Below, one piece after another: positions 53,257 to 64,000 of a stretch of 64,000 bases of DNA. The DNA lies in the NCBI RefSeq assembly GCF_006345805.1, contig NC_043015.1:16058001-16122000 (forward strand). The letters are read 5' to 3'. A program made the translations under genes and the position numbers. A model generated the notes under the pieces. The model saw only the letters and a list, made by a program, of their open reading frames with translations. It did not search any database and was not told where the DNA came from. This DNA comes from Octopus sinensis (lineage: Eukaryota). Within the stretch, counting starts at the first letter, position 1; each line of letters starts with the position of its first letter.

Positions 53257-54049
53257 GTAAGTAAAAGCTTTTTGTTTTGACTTTGTTAGAGATTATGTTA
53301 TAACAATTAGTTAATCATCACTAAGGCCAAAACCTTTTTAAAATAAAAATGTTTTTTGTAAATTTCAGTCTTTAAACCTGTAGTCACATTTTACTGAAAA
53401 TTTAGTATCATTAATATTTCATATTTATGAGACTGATTTTAGACATCTACTCCAATAATTCTCACAAATTTCTCTATCTGAACAGTCTTATGATAGATAA
53501 GATGAATTAAAAAAATTTTTATAATTATATAAATTATTATTTTATATAAAATATCAATGGTTTTATTCTGAGTTGCTCATAAAAATTTACCAACTGAATA
53601 TTGTGAAAGAGAATCAAAGGATTCAGATCAAAGTAATTATATAGAAAGAATATACATGGAAACAGGTATTGAAAGAATGAAAGGTTTTGATTCTTTTTAA
53701 TTTTAGCTTTATACCGCAATTTGTAATCCTCATTGTCCTTTGATGTACATCACAGATGTAATGCTTAATATCTCTTCTATATTTGAAACCACTGAATTAT
53801 ATATTTCTTGTGAATCAAGTAAATTCAATAAAGTGCTTTTTATAGAGATATTTACTGGATTTAATACCAAATCTATATAATATAATCAAGAATAAGACAA
53901 ATATGCCAAGTCTTTAACCAATTCCTAGTGTAAATCTGCATTAAATAATAAACATTTGTGGGTTCAAATCTACTTATTGTCATATAAAAAATACTGCACA
54001 ATCTTTTTGTTTAATAGCTCTAGGTAAATATAACCAAATCATACTGGTT

Positions 54050-54260
54050 TCAAATTTTGACACAAGGTCAGCAACTCTGGGGTAGGGGGTAAGTCAATTA
54101 CATTGACCCCAGTACTCAACTGGTACTTATTTTATTGACCCGAAGAGGATGAAAGGTAAAATCAACCTTGGCAGAATTTGAACTCAGAAAGTAAAGACAG
54201 ATGAAATGTCACTAAACATTTTGCCTTGTCATACTTGTGATTCTGCCTGCTCACCACCTT
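54050..54260 (-). mobile_element. tRNA-headed SINE, Nin-like core
   Basis: Full head, core and TTTGAAA end. Confidence 0.78.
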
Positions 54261-55399
54261 CAGTATAATCAAATCATATTAGGGTACTAAAGCCAACTTT
54301 AAAATGATAATTTTAATAACACTTTCTAAAATATTTGCTAAATAAATATTATGAATGGATTATGTTGTTTAATGAATTATTGAACTTCAGTCCAACCTAA
54401 ATTTAATAATTGACCTTCAAATATAGCAATGCAAATTTGAGCTAAGGTTTTGAGTCTATGTTGCCAGCTGTTCATTGAATGTGATAATTACTTTTGATCC
54501 AGAATAATTATCAGAGAAAATGTTGATTTATATTCATTAAAACAGATATTTAACAAAAAGATCATTAATTTCATTCTAAATGCCCTTTCTTCTATTTACA
54601 ATGAAGACAAGATACATGGCATAGATACTAAAAGATAATGTGCTATAGATAATGAAGAAAATCAGTGACCTATGCTAAAAATAATTGTGTTCAATATTAT
54701 AAACCTTGATTTTTAGAATAAATACCATATATTTTACATAAGATATATTCTGTTTATAAATAATGCAAAAATTTAATAATATATAGTAATAATCTAGACA
54801 CACCTCAGCAGTAAAACATTAAAATATACCCATCAAAGTAATGGTATCTATACCTGAACTCTTTTTCATTCTTTTTTTTTTCTATGGGATTCAGTATCTC
54901 TCAGACTTACAATGACAGCTTGTTTGTTGTTTCTTCTAGTTAGACATATTCTTCAGCATATGATACTAACTTTCACTGCTTCTTAACAGAGCCCCTACAA
55001 GTACTATCCACATACCAACTAGACACTTCATGTCAGATTTATATTGATTCTATAAGCAGAAGCTCTGAAAGGTTCCTACATCTATAAAGATAAAGAACAC
55101 TGCTTACAACACCTAAGGGATATTACCAACGAATTGCAACAAAGAATTATTTACTGTCCATTGCAAAATATGTAGAAATGTTATCAGAATAACAAAGCAT
55201 ATATTTGTGCACCTCACAAAGTCTGTGCATTTCCTAAATTACAGCTAAGCTCTCTTGTCCTTTACTACAGAGATCTCTAACATTTCAGAATCTTTTTACC
55301 CACCATTCTCAATGTAGATTGCCCTGTAAGCAGTACTTTTACAAATAAAGCACTATACTTGATACTCACATTGCCTCTTATTCAAACCTATACATGGAT

Positions 55400-56230
55400 A
55401 GAACATTCTTTTTTAGTTATTTCAATTCCACAAAATAAACTGATTTTGTTAATATTCTATCAAGTTTCTATCATCACTAAACTTTTTATTCATTACCTCA
55501 GTTGAAGTCTCTACTTCCAGCTGAAAACGCCTGATAGTATGACCCATAATAGAGAAGAGCAATTCTCCACAATTATCAACTACATTCTTTTAACATCTCA
55601 GATGTGATGAAGATGGTTTTTAATAAATGCTGCCTTTATTCCTTTGTTCATCTCCCCATATAGGAATCAAAGATACAATTTCATCTTGCTGTTTCTAACA
55701 GAAATTTCTTACTGCATGCACTGCATCTCTCATCATTGACAGAAGAATGAAAGAATAATATCCTATCAAAGCTTGTCATCTAATTTATCTTTACATCAGA
55801 ATTTCCTGTTAGAGCTTTCTCCAAACTATATATTACCAGCTCTAATGCAAACAAGTTATGTTGCTCATAATCTTGCACTTTACACCACATTTGCTCATAT
55901 GAGCCAATCTTCAAAAGCATCCTAGAATGGGAACAAGGTAACTCAGCTCATTCAAACATACAAAAATATTCATTCACTCCACTTATCAAAGAACTATTCT
56001 TGCAACATCACTTTCTCAACAAACAATGTACTGTTAAAGCTCTCAAATTGCCAAGCTTCCTAATCTCTGATGGTCTTTCATAATGACATCATATCTATGA
56101 CATCTACGACAAAATCTCTCAAAGACTAAGACTTCCTTTTTGTGAATAGAAAATACTTCTAATTTAAACAATTATTGGCCTTCACTCTATAAAGTAAGGA
56201 CTACATTGGACTACTGCTCACATATCTCAA
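55400..56230 (+). mobile_element. CR1-like LINE RT relic
   Basis: Fragments resembling the FP..WK.A region, SQRLRL and LYKVRTTLDYCSHI (cf. LYKAQVRP.MEYCSH.W). Confidence 0.55.
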
Positions 56231-56282
56231 AACATTCACAAGCATCCTAGACATCAATATTGTCTCTCTTTCTCACCTTTAG

Positions 56283-56484
56283 GGAACAGTTGTTGGCCCA
56301 CCTGGAGATACAGGTTTACCTGGTCCACGTGGTTTTTCTGGGCCTGATGGACCAAAGGGTAATCCAGGTCCTCCTGGACTACGAGGCCCAAAAGGAGAAG
56401 TAGGTGGATTTGGAACTCAAGGCCCCCCTGGTCCTCAAGGTAGAGATGGCCCCAAAGGTGATAAAGGAGATTCCGGATTCCCTG
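56283..56484 (+). CDS. COL4A2: Collagen IV exon [10 protein letters not shown]...GDSGFP(G)
   Basis: cacctttAG/GTcagt, 202 nt, phase 0 to 1. Confidence 0.94.
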
Positions 56485-57410
56485 GTCAGTATTATTTATA
56501 TTTATCTAAAGTATTTTTATTAAGGGACATGTAATCTATATAGTCTTTTCTATAAATTCTAATCTCTATATTTTAATTCCTGAATCCTGCTCCTCCAAGT
56601 TCTATAGTTTGATTCAAATATCCACAGTTTAATCCCACAGAGGTTATCTCTTCATTTTTATTCTCAGATTTTAACTGAAACAAATGCAAGTCAGTCATCA
56701 TGGATGTTTTCTATTATTCATATGACAATAAAAAACCCAAATTCTTTATCTATTACCATTATTTATAGAAATATATTTTGAAACCAACACAGATATCAAG
56801 TTTTTTGAGATGAGTTATTTTTACAAAGATGATCAATTTTTTACTATTAACTTACCAGATCATTTCAGTGTATGATATTTTACAAGCATTATCAAGTATT
56901 GTGTTTCAGAATATGCTCATTTTCTAAGGCTTCTTTTCTACATAAAGTGTAATAGTGTGGTGTTAATACAAAGATTGTAAATATCCACTCTAGAGTTTAC
57001 TAATCTCAAAATTATCATTCAATACTGATATAGCTATATTCTATGGAAACAGCTTATTTATAAGGAATTATTATAGCAATAAAATATGTTGTTTCACCAA
57101 CAATCTAAAATTCTGCATCCATATTTGTGTGAAAGTATCCTGTGTAGAATTTTGTAACCTTAACTGTACCTACCCATTATGAAATGTTAGACATTAATGC
57201 ATTTGGAATTTTATTCACTACAAGCTTAATTTTTAAACTGATAAATATGTCACATTTCATGTGTTGTAATGTCAGATTTAAACATTACAAGAAATCTACA
57301 AAATTTCCAAATATTTGGATGCTCTAAATTATTATTTTGTTTTTTTGTCTTCAATCTGGATTTAGCAACTTGAAATTATATTTGCATAATCTTTTCTATT
57401 TTTATATCAG

Positions 57411-57710
57411 GACTTAGAGGAAAAGATGGATTACCTGGACTACCAGGTATACCTGGAGAAAAAGGAGGTAAAGGAATGAAGGGAACTCCAGGATTTGGTA
57501 TCCCTGGTCGTGATGGATCATCTGGAAAAGATGGATTGAATGGATTACCAGGTCTAAAAGGAGATAAGGGATTAAAAGGACAACGGGGCCCACCTGGTCA
57601 AACAAAAGAAGGAAACCCAGGAGCAACTGGTGGAAAAGGTGACAAAGGTAACCGAGGAGTTCCTGGTTCTCCAGGTATTGATGGATTAAATGGATTAAGA
57701 GGATCCAAAG
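57411..57710 (+). CDS. COL4A2: Collagen IV exon (G)LRGKDGLP...GLRGSK(G)
   Basis: tttatatcAG/GTtagt, 300 nt, phase 1-1; matches ORF 57476..57715. Confidence 0.95.
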
Positions 57711-57962
57711 GTTAGTAAATTATATTCTACTTTTATACCTTTTTTTATATTATAAACATATAATTTTAAGGTATATTTATAAATAGTATATAAGCAAGTA
57801 AACACTAGCATGGCAATGTAGTTAAGAAACTTGCTTCAAAAATATTCTGCAGCATTGGAGGCAAATCTATCCTATCTTCTGCCATAGCCTCATGCTAACC
57901 AATAGTTAGTGAGTAGACTTCAATAGACTGTATGAAAATCTGATATGTATGTTTGTGTGTAT

Positions 57963-58260
57963 GTATCATCATCATCATCATTTAACATCTGTTGTCCATG
58001 ATGGCATGGGTTGACTGGTTTGACCAGGGCTGGTAAGCTGAGGGGCTGCACCAGACTTCAGTCTGATTTGGCATGGTTTCTACAGCTGGATGCCCTTCCT
58101 AATGCCAACCACTCCAAAAGTAGTTGGCATTAGGGTGTTTTTACATGCCACTGACATGGGTACCAGTTGCACAACACCAGTACCTGCCATGACTATGATT
58201 TGACTTTGTTTGATGGGTCTTCTTCTCAAGCACAGCATATTGCCAAAGGTCTCAGCGATT
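57963..58260 (-). mobile_element. SINE-like repeat with RTE-type tail, diverged copy
   Basis: (CAT)n tail and GCTGGATGCCCTTCCTAATGCCAACC motif. Confidence 0.75.
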
Positions 58261-58724
58261 TATACATATGCTCACACACATGTGTGCATGCACATGCACA
58301 TACACATACAAACATGCACATGCATGCACACACACACACACACACGCAACAGTTATTTTGACATTGTTAAAATCGACACCAACTTATTTAACAACAAATT
58401 TAATATTTCTCATTCACTCTGTCCCTTTCTATCCCTCCCTCTTTCTTTCTCTTTCACTCTTTTTCACTCTCTGCATCTGTATGTATATACTTCTGTGCAC
58501 TCATGTATGTGTTTGCTTTCAGTGCCAAAACAGACTGAATGTCCAGTTAGCTACACCAAATTGCCTATGTCCAAACAACTGTACTTAATCATCTCAGTTT
58601 GACATACATACACACATATATATATGGATGAGTGTATGTGTGCACATAGAGTCAAAAAATTATTAGTTGGTATCCCAAGCCATAAGATTTAGGGGTAGTT
58701 ACAATTAGTTGAGTAGAGGCAGGA

Positions 58725-59365
58725 TACTCATGTAGGGTTTACCTTGAGTGCTGAGTAAATGATTAATGTAACACAGAAGCTGTGATCTACAAAGCAAAAT
58801 TAGTGTCAACCAACACCAGTGAGATGATGCATATACAGAAATACATTGGGGCAACAGAAGGATCCTTTAATACCAGACTAAATTATCACAAGTCCTCTTT
58901 TAGAATCGAGGAAAGGTGCAATGTTACAAATTTAGCCAGTAATATGAAGAGGTGCTCAAATGTTCTTGGTTTTAGGGGTATTGCAAAAGGCCTGGTTAGA
59001 GGCCCAACTTCCTTTTACAGAGCTTAGAAAAGCTGAAGGACTGCTGCAATAAGTGTGTGAATCTGAGAGAGGAATATATTGATTAAAATCATAATTAACT
59101 GCTCTTTCCATATTTACTTTTACCCAAAACCAGGAAATTTTCAACACTTGTTCATATCTGACAATTTAAAGAGGAAGCAATGCTGTATAAATCAAATGGA
59201 GATCAGAGGAGTATTCTGAGCCATATAGTAATGGAAGTAGATTATATTAACTCTACTCGGCAGAAAGAAAAATCATTCTAAAAAGTTCACATGATCTTGT
59301 GTTCTCCTGAGCTCAAAAACAAAATTTGGGGATGCTGCATTCATGAACACAAATCTGTTTTTGGT
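58725..59365 (+). mobile_element. Penelope-like GIY-YIG endonuclease relic, interrupted by a MITE
   Basis: SCR...EC..N..C..EAVIYKAKL...KYIGATEGSFNTRLNYHKSSF; resumes after 59156 with IKW...EPYSNGSR..L..AE.KII and CCIHEHK. Confidence 0.85.
58945..59154 (+). mobile_element. Mariner-derived MITE (210 bp), TA TSD
   Basis: TA|TGAAGAGGTGCTCAAATGTTCTTGGTTT...AAACCAGGAAATTTTCAACACTTGTTCA|TA; internal LEKLK...NKCVNL (mariner C-terminus). Confidence 0.8.
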
Positions 59366-59810
59366 GGCATTGTCATACTCATTTTTAAACTAAGAATGAT
59401 ATATATATACACACATCCTCAGTTTATATACTTCAGCCATGGCTGACACAAATCCAGATTCATTTGACTCTTGATTCATAAAGAGTCTGTGATAAAAGCT
59501 AATGTTGAGTCACAAAAATGTTTGATAGGTAAGTTAAAGATAAATAGGCTGAAACCTTATAGATATGGGGAGTCAGTATTCATCTCTAAAGCTTGTACTG
59601 GAAGAGAGTCAAATCTTCTTTTACTATGATAGTCTATGTCTTCAAAACTAATACACATATCGATATTAAGTAGTGGAGACTAAAGAAATAAGGCATGAAA
59701 GTTTAAAATAAGGTATTTCAGACTAACTCCTGCATAATTTTAACTTCTAAGAATTTGACTTGAAGCAATATAAAGATGATGAATTTATTTTTCACTATTT
59801 ATTTATTTAG

Positions 59811-59989
59811 GTGATAAGGGAGGAGAATGTAATTTCTGCACTAATGGAGCTCCAGGTGAGAAAGGAGATCCTGGACTGAATGGACTACCTGGTTCTCCTG
59901 GTCGTAGTGGTAATCTTGGTGAAAAAGGAGAACCTGGTGAACCAGGTGATGATGGACTTTATGGAAAAACAGGCACACGAGGTTTGCAG
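59811..59989 (+). CDS. COL4A2: Collagen IV exon (G)DKGGECNFCTNGAPG...GTRGLQ
   Basis: tttatttAG/GTatgc, 179 nt, phase 1 to 0; Cys pair inside an interruption. Confidence 0.95.
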
Positions 59990-60143
59990 GTATGCAAAGC
60001 ATTTTCTCATTTATTATTGCATTTAAACTCTTATAACACTCTACTGTTCCATCACTACTGTGGCTTTTATTGTTTGTTGTATGAGTACATTATATGTACT
60101 TTCTGTTTAATTTGCTTGAACAAATATTTTCTGGTGTTTTTAG

Positions 60144-60219
60144 GGTGACCCTGGACCCATGGGACCACCAGGACTTCCAGGATTAAAAGGAGAAGCTGCT
60201 TATCCCACAGTTGTTCCAG
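60144..60219 (+). CDS. COL4A2: Collagen IV exon GDPGPM...GEAAYPTVVP(G)
   Basis: gtttttAG/GTacaa, 76 nt, phase 0 to 1. Confidence 0.93.
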
Positions 60220-60386
60220 GTACAAATACAGAAATAATAAATAACAAGAATTGTAGTTTAGCAGACATTGGCTGCCATTAAAGTTCAAAATTTTCTGATA
60301 ATCTCTGCTAATCTATGTTTCTTATATATATATGTCATATATCCAACTGTCTATTAATTTTTCACTTCTACTTTATGTCTTTTTAG

Positions 60387-60502
60387 GTGAAAAGGGAGAC
60401 CGTGGTCTTCCTGGATTGACTGGACACTTAGGAGACAAAGGTGAGAGAGGACCCCCTGGACCAACAGGACCACGTGGCCCACTAGGACCCAAGGGAGAAT
60501 CG
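60387..60502 (+). CDS. COL4A2: Collagen IV exon (G)EKGDRGLP...GPKGES
   Basis: ctttttAG/GTaaat, 116 nt, phase 1 to 0; matches ORF 60332..60544. Confidence 0.94.
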
Positions 60503-61663
60503 GTAAATCACTTTGAATCGTTTTTGATATCTTTCCATTACTAATTTTTGTTATAGTGAATGTACATGCATAAGAATTCTTTTAGAGCGTATAACTGGGT
60601 TCAAATCCTACTCCAAGTATAGGTAACAGTGTAATGGGTTGCACTATGTGAACTTCTTGTCACTAGATGACAGCAAAATCTTCAGTGATATTCTAACAGC
60701 CTGAAGTGAGTCAGAAAAGCTATTTGTGTTGTTGTGCTGTGATATTCTCCGGTTAATCAGGGCTGGACACGTAAGAATACAAATGGCAGTTCTCTGCCCA
60801 AGCAGAGAAGCAAGCAGTTTTTAACTAGTTGGCAAAAAGACAACATAGCAGCAACAGTTCTTCTTCCAACATGAAACAGTGTTTGTATGTTCACCACTAA
60901 CTTCATGCAGCCAACTTGGAGTTATATCAGCTCTCAACTAGTCACTTCCTGAATAACCTGGTTCATTTATGCTAACTTCACTCCTTGAAAGTCTGGATGA
61001 CATCAGCCACAATTCTGCCTTATAATGAACTATATATTTTCATTTAAGCTAGCTTCATTCCTATTAGTTTACAACAGCTTCCAACAGAATCATTTTGTGC
61101 AAAACTAAGTTATGATTCTTTGCCTGACTCACATACACCTACAGGCTACACTTCTTGGTACTTGTCAGCACTCATTTCTATTTCAATAAAGTTACAAAGT
61201 TTTGTTTAAAAACTGCCTTCTGACATTCATTACACATGCTTATCAAAAGCGCATTTAATGGACTTTGTCATGAACACTTTCATATTTTGAATTAGTGACC
61301 ACTTTCACTAAAAGTCCACTGGATTATGGAATCACTCACCAAGGAATTAGCTTAGAAGTTAATGAATTAGAATACTACATTTTGAGGTTTGGTTAAAGTG
61401 AAATAAACAGATAATCAAATAGACGTTGACAATCAAAGGAGTATACTGCTATTCAATTTTCAGTGTTCATTCTTCTTTCAAAGTTTGAATCCCACTGAAG
61501 ATGAATTTGCCTGTCATTATTATGGGGTTAATAAAATAAGTACTAGTGTTGGTATTATTATTTAAACTCTTCAAATTTTAGTTGACTACTACATATTGAA
61601 ATGTATCAGATTATGTAGCATCATGAAATGTATTTCTGTGAGAAATAAACTGATTCCTAGGTA

Positions 61664-61882
61664 CAAGAGGGTACTGGAAAGTTCCTGGCTTTAAGGTCAT
61701 TGTGAAAGGCCTAGTTGGAGGCTCAACCTTCCGGGTTCTTTTACAGGGCTTAGAAAATCTGAAGGAGTATTGCAATAAGTGTGTGAATCTGAGAGGAGAA
61801 TATGATAATTAAAATCATATTTAACTGATCCTCCTGTATTTTCTGTTACCCAAAGCCAGGAACTTTTCGGTACCCCACTCCT
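61664..61882 (+). mobile_element. Mariner-derived MITE, same family as 58945-59154
   Basis: TIR GGGTACTGGAAAGTTCCTGGCTTT / AAAGCCAGGAACTTTTCGGTACCC; same internal TTGCAATAAGTGTGTGAATCTGAG. Confidence 0.8.
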
Positions 61883-62379
61883 AGAATATTTTATACAGAG
61901 ATTTGTAACCAAATGAAGTATAAGCTAATGGTGGATGTTCAAGATATACCACATGTACCATTCATATAGTAAAGGTTAAAACATTAAATATACTTATTTA
62001 TAATTTATTACAATTTATCATAAATATTTATTTTATCAACAATCACTACTACTATAGTAGCAGTTGAGATTGGATATCAATGCACGATCTAGCACAAAGT
62101 AAAATTAGTGATGCACAAATTCCATGCTGCCTTACCAAAGTATCTTCAATGCAACAATCAAGAAACGCTTTTTGTCAAGTCAGACTATGCTATAAGGTCA
62201 AGGCACTTGATCAACAAAGTGTTCAATCATATTTAGCATGTGGGTTTCCTGGCTAAACTATTCATGTATGGACTCCATATGACTCATCTAATAGTTTCTA
62301 GCACTATGCAAAAATTAAATGAAACCTGTAATGAATTACTGCTTCTTCAATTAGCACAATGCTGGTACTACACATACAA

Positions 62380-62720
62380 GCATCCTAGGCCACATAAAAA
62401 AGCCACTGACTGATTGGCATAAAATCACCAGCACACTTCAAACACTGGGATACATGAGCTGTGTCTCCTCTCTCTGCCTTTTTTACCACTATTACAACAG
62501 CCTCTGTTCTTTTGATCTCACTAATCTCACACCACCTTCACTCAGACCTACCCAATTCAATTGCTTCTCACTCTCCATATTCTACTTGGTTCTCCCACAT
62601 CTCCTCTTCTGCTCATCTCTTTCATGCTCCAACACTCACATCTTTAAATAGTTTGCTCATTTCTTCTTTCTACTACTGGATCTCTTTAGAACTATGTTCC
62701 CACACATTTTCCTTCTACAA
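62380..62720 (+). mobile_element. CR1-like LINE 3' relic
   Basis: CVSSLCLFYHYYNSLCSFDLTNLTPP matches the VASLSLFYRYY...CS.EL...PP motif. Confidence 0.6.
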
Positions 62721-63075
62721 TCTGTTAATATTTTAATCTGAACATGAAACTTACAAACTGACTACTTATATCCTCCAATTCCAAATGTTTTGCATTGTGT
62801 TTTAAGGTATTTTATTTCAACACTTCTTCAAGGAAATCACTTTAAATTGGACAGGTTTATAATATCCGTGCAGGTGTTACTGACACAACTGAAAGAGACT
62901 ATATACAAAAAAAACCTCATTATTTAAAAAAAAAGAAAGAATGAATGAAAAAGAAAAACATTTTCAACTTTACAAAGTATTAAATGATAAACTCTTTAAG
63001 AATCATTAATAGTACAAATGCTTTCATTTCCTGAAAAATTCAAATAAAGAACTAAACAAAGAATAATATTTTTAG

Positions 63076-63250
63076 GGTTTACCTGGATTAGCTGGCAAAG
63101 ATGGTATTCCTGGATTATCTGGCACACCCGGAAAGTCAGGTATAAAAGGACTGCCTGGCTATGGATTACCAGGAATTAAAGGTGAACAAGGTCATCCTGG
63201 AGAGCCAGGTGTGAGCACAGTGGGTCCTAAAGGAGAAAAGGGTGACCCAG
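63076..63250 (+). CDS. COL4A2: Collagen IV exon GLPGLAGKD...GEKGDP(G); gene continues beyond the window
   Basis: atttttAG/GTatgt, 175 nt, phase 0 to 1; no NC1 domain in the window. Confidence 0.94.
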
Positions 63251-64000
63251 GTATGTAATGTAATGTTATCCCATACCTTTCTCTGTAAATTGTAGTTTTA
63301 TCTTAGACTACAATGAATTTCAATTTAGTCTATGAAACTTTTGATTTTCTATTTAATCACATTCATTTGCTTTTTCTTTTTTTTGTCAGACATAATTTTA
63401 TTTCTATAGAAATATTTTCAAACATGAAAGAAAGTGTGTATATGTGCATGCACACTTGTACATGCATGAAAAATTAGTAGTAAATGTAGCAGATTTAAAA
63501 ACAGGTTTCAATTATATTTTCATACATGTAGTTATAAGCAATATAAGTTGTTCTGTTACCAATGTAATTTTTCACAATAACTATACCACATGGAATGTTA
63601 ATTATTATAAGAAGGAATGCTATATCTAATCTCAATATTGCAACTGATACAACATCAAAAGTATAATATATGTAATGTAAAAAGTTAATCCATTGATTTG
63701 AGCTTCCATCCCATTTGAAGCACATCCAAGTGCATTTTTAGACATTTTGTCCTACATTTTTATCTTTAAAGCTGTAGTTGATGTTTATAATAGCTTCTGT
63801 GAGCAGAATATCTTATTCTACCCTCAAAGCTATTTAATAAGTAGCAGAAAAGATGATTTTTGCTCAAATCAATGTATCTTTCCATTTCCCTATCATTCCT
63901 CTTCATTCTATTTTTCAGAAATATACATTATGCAGTATAATGTAGAATGGCTAAAGGTTTAATTTTAAAATGTTATAAAGTAATGAAGTAATTTTATGAA

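Overview
AT-rich, microsatellite-dense animal DNA. The repeat families resemble those of octopus/coleoid cephalopods, which is an inference with no database check. The only host gene I can support is the 5' part of a type IV collagen, most likely alpha2(IV)-like, on the + strand. It has 18 well-supported exons from 30138 to 63250 (2029 nt, one continuous frame, all GT-AG). They encode the 7S cysteine cluster, the GCNGT motif and interrupted Gly-X-Y, and the gene runs off the window end. Two candidate upstream exons (24636-24695 and 28148-28196) would supply the start codon and signal peptide. The rest is intron or intergenic DNA full of mobile elements: several tRNA-headed SINE families, R4/Dong-like, CR1-like, RTE-like and Penelope-like retroelement relics, mariner, DD41D-like and piggyBac-like relics, MITEs, a Helentron-type non-autonomous element and a solo LTR with an intact 4-bp TSD. 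The most striking non-genic signal is a perfect 133-bp palindrome (14358-14490) in which each arm encodes a complete minimal type I hammerhead ribozyme fold, one on each strand. Most ORFs in the supplied track are microsatellite artefacts. TE boundaries are approximate unless a TSD or TIR is cited.
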